Both the position numbers and the translations under genes were made by a program. 64,000 nucleotides of DNA from Candidatus Microgenomatus sp. GTDB lineage: Bacteria > Patescibacteriota > Microgenomatia > UBA8517. Below the pieces are notes generated by a model. That model had not been told where the DNA came from and searched no databases. It saw nothing but the letters and a program-made list of their open reading frames with translations. The stretch is taken from positions 21,415 to 85,414 of the forward strand of contig DYGT01000003.1 of NCBI GenBank assembly GCA_020724555.1, given 5' to 3'. The stretch's first letter is position 1; every line of letters starts with the position of its first letter. This document shows positions 38,996-47,840 of this stretch, piece by piece.

Positions 38996-41086
38996 CTAAA
39001 ACGGATACCCTGAAACAAGCATATAGTAACCACCCTGTTTGGTAACCACGGCCACGGTTTTATTCACCATGTCAAGAACTGAGTTGGGAAGGACCTTCCA
39101 CACTTCACCATCTTGGGAATATGCAAGCTTAAGGTTACCCTCTGGAAGGTTGGGGTCTAGTTTAATGGGATCATACTTAATGGCCAATAAGTATGGTGTA
39201 GCAATAACCTCAGGCATGATTTTGGCGTCATTAAAAAATGACTTGTACCAAGCGTTGTAAATGCCGCTTGCCTGCCAATATGCCCCACTTACCCGTCTTG
39301 TTCCTGTCTGGGGGGTATGGGAGACGTCAAGGTATACATCCCACAAGAATGTCGCAGGCGGGGCAAAAGAAATTACATCATTTTTGACAGTGAATCCTGA
39401 GTGTGTGGCCAAAAGATCAGGCTTTTTGGGGGTAGGAGCCGGAGCACCCGGACCAGGGATGCTTCCCCCAAAGTTAGGGCCAAACTCGGAAGTGCTGCCA
39501 TTTTTGTTGGTGGCAAGGGCGGTGAAAGTGCTTAAGCTTCCTTTACTGTCCCCGGAAACCGTTACCTCCATGCTCCACATGCGCTCGGAAGTAGTCATTG
39601 TCCCTAAAGATTCAAGACACCCTCCATAGCCTGAGGAGTGATTTGAGGATTTACACACCTCAATGGTAAATGGCGCCTCAGCTAAATTCCCCTCCAGCCA
39701 TCCCCAGATTTTGTATTTTCCATTTCCCAGATATTCCGCCCCTTGGATTTCCGGGTAGTTCATAAGGTCGTTTGGACCGGTGTCAGTATCCCCAGGGTCG
39801 TTAGGTGTTACCGTATCGCGATCGTCCCCAGCCGTCAATAAAGCGATATCGAGATTTGCGTTTCCGAAAACCCTGTTTTCTCTAAAGGTAATGCCGGATG
39901 ACTGATTAAAATCGATGCTAATTCCATTGCCATTGTTATGGGCTACCACATTTTTTCGAATGAGAACATTTGATGAATCAGCGTCTCGAACGACTAAGCC
40001 AGCCCGGATAAATATACCGCTGAGTGCATCGAAATCAGGGTTTGTACCGATATAATTTCCTTGAACTGTAGTCTCTGAAACTTTCATCAGCCGGACCAAC
40101 CCTCGTTCTTCGGTCGTTATACAGGCAAAAATGTTTGCCTCTTCACTATCGGATACGCCATCGAAATTTGTGCCTATTTGATGCCCAGTACCATTATATA
40201 AGTAAAGGTGATTTCTATATCTATCTCCTCCAGCACATTGTTTTCCAGTCTTATCAACGCCGACGTAGTTTCCAGCAAAGACAAACTCAGAACTCGGTGG
40301 CGCCCCAGTAAACAGCTCGCTAACTAAAAATGTTCCTTTATTTCCAGCATTGTAGTTTGATCCCATGATCAAATTGCGCTCGCCAATATCATCGTTCCCA
40401 TCCCCATTGGTTCCGAAAGTATTTCGGTGTGAACCATTATGAAACAGAAAACTTGCATAATTACTTGAAGTTGAGCCGCTAATGTCACTACCGAAAAAAT
40501 TCCCGTCTATCCGATTGTCATTTGAAGAGTTAAAGAAAAACGTGGCTCTACCAGGATATGCTGATCGAATCGCCAATCCACTTATTCGGTTTTTATCACC
40601 TGTGAAGTTCATCCCATCGACGTTTGCATTAACGTAGAGAGCGATTGTCAATTTGGTATTTAGCGTCTCGCCGAAAGCTGCGGTGTTTCTGGATGCACCT
40701 GTTTGGGAATAGCCGTTTATGAAAACGCCTTCCTCATCCGAAAGTGCAAGTGTGCTGGTACTTTCAATTTCCCAATAAGCATGTACGTCACCGGAGGCCG
40801 GAACATAACCAGCGTCGGTATCTGGAATATCAAATTCAATGGTGTCGTGGCCGGCGTTGGCGTTGGCGGCGGCGATGGCTTCTCTGAGGGAACAGTCGGC
40901 GTCACAGACACCATCGTTGGTGTCTTCCGTTTTGGTGACCGTATAGGTTGCGGCGCGAACCAATGAATGATTATTAATAACTAATGGATAAAAAAACAAA
41001 AAAGCCAGACTCAAAAATAGACCGCCTAAGAAACCTATTAAGAGTTTATGTGAGTGAGTGAGTGAGTGGGTGGGTGAGCATTGCAT
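38996..41086 (-). CDS. Secreted CSLREA-domain, beta-helix surface protein with C-terminal beta-sandwich; (ACTC)n tract at the 5' end is in frame
   Basis: YTVTKTEDTNDGVCDADCSLREAI; GNFFG/GNYVG/GNYIG beta-helix repeats; NDPGDTDTGPN; TSEF; P-rich linker; N-terminus PTHSLTHSHK plus signal peptide. Confidence 0.9.
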   Translation of the reverse strand: MQCSPTHSLTHSHKLLIGFLGGLFLSLAFLFFYPLVINNHSLVRAATYTVTKTEDTNDGVCDADCSLREAIAAANANAGHDTIEFDIPDTDAGYVPASGDVHAYWEIESTSTLALSDEEGVFINGYSQTGASRNTAAFGETLNTKLTIALYVNANVDGMNFTGDKNRISGLAIRSAYPGRATFFFNSSNDNRIDGNFFGSDISGSTSSNYASFLFHNGSHRNTFGTNGDGNDDIGERNLIMGSNYNAGNKGTFLVSELFTGAPPSSEFVFAGNYVGVDKTGKQCAGGDRYRNHLYLYNGTGHQIGTNFDGVSDSEEANIFACITTEERGLVRLMKVSETTVQGNYIGTNPDFDALSGIFIRAGLVVRDADSSNVLIRKNVVAHNNGNGISIDFNQSSGITFRENRVFGNANLDIALLTAGDDRDTVTPNDPGDTDTGPNDLMNYPEIQGAEYLGNGKYKIWGWLEGNLAEAPFTIEVCKSSNHSSGYGGCLESLGTMTTSERMWSMEVTVSGDSKGSLSTFTALATNKNGSTSEFGPNFGGSIPGPGAPAPTPKKPDLLATHSGFTVKNDVISFAPPATFLWDVYLDVSHTPQTGTRRVSGAYWQASGIYNAWYKSFFNDAKIMPEVIATPYLLAIKYDPIKLDPNLPEGNLKLAYSQDGEVWKVLPNSVLDMVNKTVAVVTKQGGYYMLVSGYPF
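41051..41078. repeat. Interrupted tetranucleotide tract (TGAG)4(TGGG)2(TGAG)
   Basis: Read directly; same unit and flank as 7807-7852. Confidence 0.93.
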
Positions 41087-41194
41087 CTTAATTCATAATA
41101 TTTATTATTTTTCGACTTGTAAAGTCTTATTTTTATGCTTAAAACTTAAGTATCCCAAATTGCATTCCCAAGCGTTTTGCCGCTATATTTAAAT

Positions 41195-42535
41195 ATGAAC
41201 CAGTTTACAGCTCCTTTGTGGGGAGATGAGGCATTTTCCGCCATTTTGTCCATGAAATCTATCCCCCAAATCATAGAAATCATCCGCCGCGACACTTCTC
41301 CGCCTTTGTACAATATCACCGAACACCTAGCTTTCAGACTCTTTGGCGTCAGCGAAATTACCATCCGCGGGCTTTCTTTTTTTTATTATCTTTTAACCAT
41401 TGTTTTTGTCTTTTTAATCGCCAAATTAATCTGGGATAAAAAAACCGCCATTTTAGCTTCACTTTTAACCTTTTTTAACCCCTTTTTCTTTATTTATGCT
41501 TTTGAAGGAAGGATGTACGCGATCATGGCTTTGGGGGTAGCAGGCTCCATGTATTTTTTCCTAAAATTATTATTTGCTGCAAAAAAAACCAATAAAGCCC
41601 CAAAAGGAACCATCTTGGGCTACATTCTTGCAACCTCCTGGGCTTTGTACAGCCACCACTTTGCCATATTTATTGTCTTTATTCAGGGATTTTGGTGGCT
41701 CTTTGAATTAATCACAAAAAATTTCAAATTTATAAAATGGCAATTAATCGCGTTTCTTGGCACCGGAATTTTATATATACCCTGGCTTTTGCCTTTATAT
41801 GAGCAAACACAAATGGTAGGTGGGGGATTTTGGTTGGGTAAACCTACTTTAACAGATTTAAGAACATTAATTTATGAATACATTGCCACAGGCATCAAGC
41901 ACCCTTTGGCAGACTATGCCTTATACCTTAGTTTAACCGCACTACTCATCAGGCGCTGGGATAAAAATATCAAAATCAGCCTCATCCTCGCAACTTGGTT
42001 TTTAGGCCCAATCATTATGACATTTACAATCTCCCAATTTTTCCAGCCGGTTTTTTACAACAGATACCTTTTGTACACCATCCCGGCTTGGGGGCTTCTT
42101 ATTGCCGGCGCCAGAAGAAAAGTAATTTCTTTTATAATTATCGCCGGCATTTTGAGTCTTTTTATCCGCATTGATTGGCATTATTTTAATAATCCCACAA
42201 AACTTCCTTTTAACCAGCTTGCTCAGTTTGTTATTGAAAGTAAAAGAAACGACGATACTTTAATAAACTGGTCTGCCGGTTCACACCACTTATGGGAAAG
42301 CAAATTCTACGGGATTCCCGCCCCGATTTATGTAAAGGAAGGTGGGGGAGAGCTTCCTTTTTTTGTGGGTACGGCACTTATGGAAGAAACGGATGTAATA
42401 AAAACTTTGCCTGATGAAGGCCGAATTGGCGTTATCACGAGTGGCCCAGTTGAGGAAGTTGCCATTACTGGTTATACTGAAATTGAGAGCAAATCTTTTG
42501 GCAATCTTAAATTTATATGGCTAGAAAAAAATTAA
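41195..42535 (+). CDS. GT-C (PMT_2/ArnT-like) glycosyltransferase
   Basis: LWGDEAFS, DTSPPLY, EGRMYA; many TMs; start could be TTG 41177 or ATG 41195. Confidence 0.88.
   Translation: MNQFTAPLWGDEAFSAILSMKSIPQIIEIIRRDTSPPLYNITEHLAFRLFGVSEITIRGLSFFYYLLTIVFVFLIAKLIWDKKTAILASLLTFFNPFFFIYAFEGRMYAIMALGVAGSMYFFLKLLFAAKKTNKAPKGTILGYILATSWALYSHHFAIFIVFIQGFWWLFELITKNFKFIKWQLIAFLGTGILYIPWLLPLYEQTQMVGGGFWLGKPTLTDLRTLIYEYIATGIKHPLADYALYLSLTALLIRRWDKNIKISLILATWFLGPIIMTFTISQFFQPVFYNRYLLYTIPAWGLLIAGARRKVISFIIIAGILSLFIRIDWHYFNNPTKLPFNQLAQFVIESKRNDDTLINWSAGSHHLWESKFYGIPAPIYVKEGGGELPFFVGTALMEETDVIKTLPDEGRIGVITSGPVEEVAITGYTEIESKSFGNLKFIWLEKN
41264..41375 (+). repeat. Direct repeat copy 2 (within the intact GT-C gene)
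   Basis: 112-bp match to 38838-38950. Confidence 0.95.
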
Positions 42536-44025
42536 ACCAATTCCTAAACGCCATTCATACCCCGAACTGGGTTGCTCTTCTACTTTTAGGGCTATTTTTG
42601 CTTCGCATCCCTAGTTTTTTTGAGCCTTTTAATTATGGCGATGAAATGATTTATTTGACGCTTGGCCAGGGAATTAACAAAGGGCTTGTCTTATATAAAG
42701 ACATCCACGATAACAAACCTCCCCTTTTGTACCTTACCGCGGCTGTAGCTGGAAACGTTTTTTGGTTTAGGGTAATACTGGCATTTTGGATGATGGCTAC
42801 TACCATAATTTTTTGGAAGTTAACAGACAGGCTTTTTCCCAAAAATACAAAGCTTGTCAAAGCCGCCACAATCTTTTTTGGCATCTTTACGACCATTCCT
42901 TTGCTGGAAGGCCAAACCGCCAATGCTGAATTATTTTTAATAGGACCGGTTATCGCTGCTTTTTATCTGGTTGTTAACAAAAAGGCAAAACTTTGGCACT
43001 ACGCTTTCTCGGGGTTATTGTTTTCCATCGCTACATTATTTAAAGTTCCGGCGGCTTTTGATGGTTTAGCATTAATTTTTGTTTTGTTTATTCTTAGTAA
43101 AAATAAATTAAACAAAAAGGATTTCTTTCAAAAAAGCCTGTTGGTCTTGTTCGGCTTTATAACCCCAATTTTTGTGAGTTTTGTTTGGTACTGGTTGCGC
43201 GGCGCCTTGAATGAATATCTTGTTGCAGCATATTTACAAAATGTAGGTTATCTTTCCTCCTGGCGGCCCGGGGACGCCACTGAGCCTTTTATTGTGCGAA
43301 ACGCCCCGCTTCTTGCCAGGGGTGTCGTTATGTTTGCCGGTTATGCAATCCTTTATCTTTACCGCAAAAAATTGTCACTTCCCTTTTTACTGGGAAGCGC
43401 CTGGCTACTAAGCAGTCTTTTTGCCATAACTTTGTCGGAGCGGCCTTATCCTCATTACCTGGTGCAAGCCATTCCCGCGATTTCTCTCTTGTTTGGGATG
43501 CTACTTTTCAAAAAAGACATAGAACAAACCTTTACTATTATTCCCTTATTTTTGGCACTACTTGTACCTGTATATTATAATTTCTGGCACTATCCGACGC
43601 TACCTTACTACACACGATTTATTAATTTTGCAACGGGTGCTATTAACAAAGAAGAATACTTTAACCGTTTCGAAGGCAATGTTAACCGTAACTATGAAAT
43701 TGCCAAATTTTTACGCGAATCCAGTGCGCCTCACGATCGGGTATTTGTCTGGGGAGATGCGGCATCAACTATCTATGCTCTTTCAAGAAGACTGCCGCCA
43801 ATTAAATATGTAGCAACCTACCACATCAACGATTTCGCAAGCAAAGAAGAAATAATCACGGCCATAGATTCCCAAAAACCCGCATATGTTATAGTATTAT
43901 CCGAAGCTGAACATTTTAACGAACTTAATTCTTATTTAAATTTAAATTACATGCAAATAAAGACAATAGACGACGCCGTTATCTGGCGTCTTATTAATCC
44001 CCGGGTGCTGAGTATCATCCGCTAG
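42517..44025 (+). CDS. GT-C (ArnT/PMT_2-like) glycosyltransferase
   Basis: YGDEMIY, LYKDIHDNKPPLLY, ANAELF, YPHY. Confidence 0.85.
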   Translation: MARKKLNQFLNAIHTPNWVALLLLGLFLLRIPSFFEPFNYGDEMIYLTLGQGINKGLVLYKDIHDNKPPLLYLTAAVAGNVFWFRVILAFWMMATTIIFWKLTDRLFPKNTKLVKAATIFFGIFTTIPLLEGQTANAELFLIGPVIAAFYLVVNKKAKLWHYAFSGLLFSIATLFKVPAAFDGLALIFVLFILSKNKLNKKDFFQKSLLVLFGFITPIFVSFVWYWLRGALNEYLVAAYLQNVGYLSSWRPGDATEPFIVRNAPLLARGVVMFAGYAILYLYRKKLSLPFLLGSAWLLSSLFAITLSERPYPHYLVQAIPAISLLFGMLLFKKDIEQTFTIIPLFLALLVPVYYNFWHYPTLPYYTRFINFATGAINKEEYFNRFEGNVNRNYEIAKFLRESSAPHDRVFVWGDAASTIYALSRRLPPIKYVATYHINDFASKEEIITAIDSQKPAYVIVLSEAEHFNELNSYLNLNYMQIKTIDDAVIWRLINPRVLSIIR

Positions 44026-44026
44026 T

Positions 44027-44392
44027 ATGAAGAAAAAAAAAATTTCTAACCTGCCAATTAGCCGGCTGGCATTCCCATCTACCTACTTAGTGGTACTGGT
44101 ATTTAATCTTTTAACAATAGCTTTAATATTTTTGCTAAAATCACAGCTTCCTCCTGAAATTCCGCTTTTTTATGGCAGGCCTTTTGGCCAAGAGCAACTG
44201 GCGCAAAGCATCAAGCTGATTATTCTGCCTATAACGGCTTTTGTTATTGCACTTTTTAATGCAATACTTAGCGTTGTTATAAGCAGCCGTTTTTTAACAC
44301 AAATACTTTTAGGGGTGGCGATTATCACCACCACCCTTGCCTTTATAGCCGTACTGCAGATTATATTTTTGGTAGGCAGCTTTTGGCCATGA
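44027..44392 (+). CDS. Small membrane protein (DUF1648-like)
   Basis: TM, LPPEIPLFY, further TMs. Confidence 0.7.
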   Translation: MKKKKISNLPISRLAFPSTYLVVLVFNLLTIALIFLLKSQLPPEIPLFYGRPFGQEQLAQSIKLIILPITAFVIALFNAILSVVISSRFLTQILLGVAIITTTLAFIAVLQIIFLVGSFWP

Positions 44393-45450
44393 ATCAAACA
44401 TTTCATCTAGCTTTTGTCGTTTCTGCTTTTTTAGCTTTTATCCTTACTTATCCTGTAATTAAATTGGCAAAAAAATGGGGGATTGTGGACGACCCCCAAA
44501 AAAACAAACACCCCAAAGTCACTCACACCTATCCGGTGCCAAGGGGAGGTGGTTTGGCAATATACTTAAGCTTGGTTATAAGCGCCTTATTTTTTTTACC
44601 ATTAGACCAACACTTATTGGGAATTATCCTTGGTGCCAGCGTCCTTCTCATCGTCGGCCTGCTGGATGACAAATTTGACCTTAACCCCTACCTCAGGCTG
44701 GGGGCTCAATTTTTAGCAGCATCTCTTCCTATTATGGCCGGCATCGGTATCGCATATATGACAAACCCTTTTGGTGGAATTATTGACCTTTCCCATCCAC
44801 AAATAAGTTTTTTTCTGTTTGGCGAAACCAGAAGTATTTGGATTTTGTCAGACTTGTTTGCCCTTTTTTGGATCGTCACTTTGATAAATTTCATAAATAT
44901 GGGCGCCAAAGGAGTAGACGGCCAGCTTCCCGGGGTCGCGGCTATCGCTGCTTTTACATTGGCTGTTTTATCTCTTCGTTTTTCTGCCGACATTACCGAA
45001 TGGCCGGTAATAATCCTTGCACTCATCACCGCCGGGGCATTTTTGGGTTTTTTACCTTGGAATATGTATCCGCAAAAAATAATGCCGAGTTTTTCAGGGT
45101 CTAACTTAGCCGGCTACATGCTGGGGATTCTTTCGATCTTAACAACCGCCAAAATCGGAACGCTTTTGTTGGTCTTGGGCATCCCGCTTATCGATACCAG
45201 TTTTACAATAATAAGGCGCATCTCCCACGGAAAATCGCCCGTCTGGGGGGATAGGGGACACCTTCACCATAAACTTTTGGATGCAGGCCTTCCGCGCAAA
45301 AGTATTGCTCCCATATATTGGCTGTTTACAGCAATTCTTGGCTTTGGTGCTTTATATTTGAACGCCACCAATAAGTTATATACAATATTGGGGATCTCAT
45401 TATTATTGGCGGGAATACTGCTATGGCTTACCTATCGACAAAAACATTAA
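44389..45450 (+). CDS. MraY/WecA/TagO-family polyprenyl-phosphate GlcNAc-1-phosphate transferase
   Basis: VPRGGGLA, GLLDD, GVDG, FLPWNMYP, DRGHLHHKL. Confidence 0.9.
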   Translation: MNQTFHLAFVVSAFLAFILTYPVIKLAKKWGIVDDPQKNKHPKVTHTYPVPRGGGLAIYLSLVISALFFLPLDQHLLGIILGASVLLIVGLLDDKFDLNPYLRLGAQFLAASLPIMAGIGIAYMTNPFGGIIDLSHPQISFFLFGETRSIWILSDLFALFWIVTLINFINMGAKGVDGQLPGVAAIAAFTLAVLSLRFSADITEWPVIILALITAGAFLGFLPWNMYPQKIMPSFSGSNLAGYMLGILSILTTAKIGTLLLVLGIPLIDTSFTIIRRISHGKSPVWGDRGHLHHKLLDAGLPRKSIAPIYWLFTAILGFGALYLNATNKLYTILGISLLLAGILLWLTYRQKH

Positions 45451-46373
45451 TTGGCTTAATCCGGGTTGCCAGGCCCGTACATTGGATCAAAAACTTAGGA
45501 ATTTTTGCAGCTATAATTTTTTCCGGAACCTTATTTGTGGAATCATATTTTATAAAAACTGTACTGGGATTTTTAATTTTTAACCTAGCCGCAAGCGCAA
45601 CTTACACCTTTAATGACCTCCTTGACGTCAAGCAAGATCGCCTGCATCCCATTAAAAAAAATCGGCCGATAGCAAACGGCAGTGTGCCTCCACCTTTAGC
45701 GCTGGCCTATGCCGCTTCATTAGCCTTAAGCGCCTTGGTTTTTGCCTACTTTTTGTCTTACCTTTTTTTCATTCTAATAGGTATTTATCTCGCCTTGCAG
45801 GTTGCCTATTCTTTGTACCTTAAAAATATTCCCGTAATTGACATTTTAATTATTGCGTCCGGTTTCATCATCCGCGTTTACTCAGGTGCTTTTCTTATAG
45901 ACGCACATTTATCCGTGTGGTTTCTTTTGTGTGTGGTATCGGTGGCTTTATTTTTGGCCTCTGGTAAAAGAAGAGCTGAAATCGGGGTAGTAAAAGAAAA
46001 GGGGAGTACACGAAAAGTTTTGTCTAAATATTCACCTGAACTACTTAATTCTTATGTAACTATGTTTGGCAATGCGGCGTGGATGAGCTGGGCATTGTTC
46101 ACTTTTTTTGAATCACCCGAGGCCAGCCGGCCTTTATGGCTTTTTTTGGCAGAACTATCGCGCACCACCACCATTAACAAACTTTTGATGACCACTGTAC
46201 CTGTAACAATATTCGGCATCATGCGTTACCAGAGTTTAATTTTCCAAAACCGCTCGGAAACTCCCGAAAAACTGCTTTTGACGGACCGCGCATTGATTTC
46301 TTCCGTTACGGTTTGGTTAGTGATGGTAATATCGATATTATATAGCGGCTTGGTTATTGGCTTTGCTCTTTAA
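45423..46373 (+). CDS. UbiA-family polyprenyl-phosphate phosphoribosyltransferase (DPPR-synthase-like)
   Basis: RPVHWIKN, NDLLDVKQDRLHPIKKNRPIANG, YSLYLKNIPVID, GKRRAE. Confidence 0.85.
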   Translation: MAYLSTKTLIGLIRVARPVHWIKNLGIFAAIIFSGTLFVESYFIKTVLGFLIFNLAASATYTFNDLLDVKQDRLHPIKKNRPIANGSVPPPLALAYAASLALSALVFAYFLSYLFFILIGIYLALQVAYSLYLKNIPVIDILIIASGFIIRVYSGAFLIDAHLSVWFLLCVVSVALFLASGKRRAEIGVVKEKGSTRKVLSKYSPELLNSYVTMFGNAAWMSWALFTFFESPEASRPLWLFLAELSRTTTINKLLMTTVPVTIFGIMRYQSLIFQNRSETPEKLLLTDRALISSVTVWLVMVISILYSGLVIGFAL

Positions 46374-47196
46374 GGGTAGCATACTGGGAAGATATCCAGC
46401 CGGTTGTTTCCTCATCGATTTGGATTTCATACCAATCTTCTTGTTTATCCAAAAGCAGGTATTCTTCACCCGGTTTCACTTGGGTTATCTCCGGGGCGCC
46501 GGTAGACGCCTCCGCCCGGACTCGTAAAAATCCGGTAGGCGTATCTAAAATTACCACCAATTCTTCGGCATTTTCATCAATTTCTTCCCCGTCTTTAGCT
46601 TCATCCGTTTGTGCCTCTTCTTCGGGTACTTTGGCCATTTCTACATAAGCAGTCAAACTATAACCCGATATTAACTGAACTGAAAACGATCTTTCTTTAT
46701 AGCCTTCTGCTTGCAACATTATCACATGGATCCCGGGGTCCAAATCATTATATTTAACAGGGGTTAAGTCAATATAATTTTGATCCACATAAAGACTGGC
46801 GCCTTCCGGCACGCTCACTACCGACAAACTTACATTCCCATTTGCTTCTTTTTCAAAGGATATTTCTTCGCCTTGACTCATGCCCTCCTCTGCCCCAAAT
46901 TCGCGTCGCACAATAGTTTCAACTCCTGAAGTTAAAAACACTTTCGTCTCATATGGCATCAGGGCTTGTTCAAAAGATTCCGGAACTAGCTTTAAATCAA
47001 TTTCATGCTCCTCAAATTCCCCTTCATAAGGGGTTTTGCCCACCTGTTCACCGTTCACAAAAACCTGGGAAACAGGATCTGTTTCAACCACAAGCATGGC
47101 TTTTGCAGGATTAATTACAAACCGCCAAACTAAAAAGGCGACTAAAGCCAGTACTAATAAGAATATTGCTATGAAAATAAATCTTTTTTTTCTCAC
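46354..47196 (-). CDS. Membrane-anchored PEGA-domain protein with C-terminal SH3 domain
   Basis: Two PEGA-like segments (GKTP; SVPEGASLYVD) and TPTGFLRVR...WYEI...GWIS (SH3b); likely GTG start at 47196. Confidence 0.85.
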   Translation of the reverse strand: MRKKRFIFIAIFLLVLALVAFLVWRFVINPAKAMLVVETDPVSQVFVNGEQVGKTPYEGEFEEHEIDLKLVPESFEQALMPYETKVFLTSGVETIVRREFGAEEGMSQGEEISFEKEANGNVSLSVVSVPEGASLYVDQNYIDLTPVKYNDLDPGIHVIMLQAEGYKERSFSVQLISGYSLTAYVEMAKVPEEEAQTDEAKDGEEIDENAEELVVILDTPTGFLRVRAEASTGAPEITQVKPGEEYLLLDKQEDWYEIQIDEETTGWISSQYATLKEQSQ

Positions 47197-47258
47197 GTCA
47201 CCCAGTTTAGCAAACACAAAAACTCTTGACAAATAAAACAAATATTTTTAATATGTAA

Positions 47259-47285
47259 TTAGCACTCACACCATGTGAGCGCCAA
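47259..47285. promoter_or_regulatory. CIRCE operator upstream of hsp20
   Basis: TTAGCACTC-N9-GAGCGCCAA; TTGACA at 47226 and TAATAT at 47249 upstream; SD AGGAGGTG immediately downstream. Confidence 0.85.
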
Positions 47286-47300
47286 AAGGAGGTGAAAAAT

Positions 47301-47675
47301 ATGGCAATTACACGTTGGGACCCTTTCCGCTTACCCAGCCTTTTTGATGAATATTTTGAAAGCGCCAATTCCCGCGGGCTAAAAATAAGAGAAACTGATA
47401 AAGATATTATTGTCGAAGCCGTTGTTGCTGGCGTGCCCGCAAAAGACGTTGAAGTACACATAGAGGACGGCGTTTTAACCATCAAAGCCGAAACTCAAAA
47501 AGAAGATAAAGAAAGCCGAGCTTCATACCAGTATTACTATACTACGGCATTATCCGGCGGAGCTTGGGATAAAGCAGATGCAGACATCGAAAACGGAGTC
47601 GTAACCGTAACCATACCTAAACAAGAATCTGCTCGTCCGCGAAAAATTACGGTTAAGGAAAAAAAGAGTGAATAA
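47301..47675 (+). CDS. Small heat-shock protein (Hsp20/alpha-crystallin family)
   Basis: MAITRWDPF, EDGVLTIKAE, ENGVVTVTIPK; SD and CIRCE upstream. Confidence 0.93.
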   Translation: MAITRWDPFRLPSLFDEYFESANSRGLKIRETDKDIIVEAVVAGVPAKDVEVHIEDGVLTIKAETQKEDKESRASYQYYYTTALSGGAWDKADADIENGVVTVTIPKQESARPRKITVKEKKSE

Positions 47676-47694
47676 TCCTCCCTGCTTCACTTTT

Positions 47695-47722
47695 CCCCTC
47701 CGTTTAAAGCGGAGGGGTTTTT
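47695..47722 (+). terminator. Intrinsic terminator after hsp20
   Basis: CCCCTCCG-tttaaag-CGGAGGGG-TTTTT. Confidence 0.85.
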
Positions 47723-47768
47723 GTTTTGTATAGAAAATTTTAATTTTGTTGTAAAATAAGCTAAATCC

Positions 47769-47840
47769 GACCGGGTAGCCAAGTGGTAAGGCAAGGGTCT
47801 GCAAAACCCTCACTCGTGGGTTCGATTCCCATCCCGGTCT
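47769..47840 (+). tRNA. tRNA-Cys (GCA), CCA not encoded
   Basis: Acceptor GACCGGG/CCCGGTC, anticodon arm AGGGT-CTGCAAA-ACCCT, T loop TTCGATT, discriminator U. Confidence 0.96.

Noticed and set aside
38796-38999. 67-aa ORF containing PQIIEIIRRDTSPPLY
   Set aside because: It is a by-product of the duplicated GT-C fragment; it lacks the N-terminal DE motif and shifts frame at the extra C.
38838-41375. Diversity-generating retroelement TR/VR pair
   Set aside because: The copies differ by one C indel, not adenine-specific substitutions; no reverse transcriptase is present; the repeat is not at the 3' end of a target gene.
44033-44042. Poly-A tract near a gene 5' end (also A8 near 24363 and T8 near 41377) as phase-variation sites
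   Set aside because: A/T runs of 8-10 nt are common throughout this AT-rich window, and all these genes are in frame.
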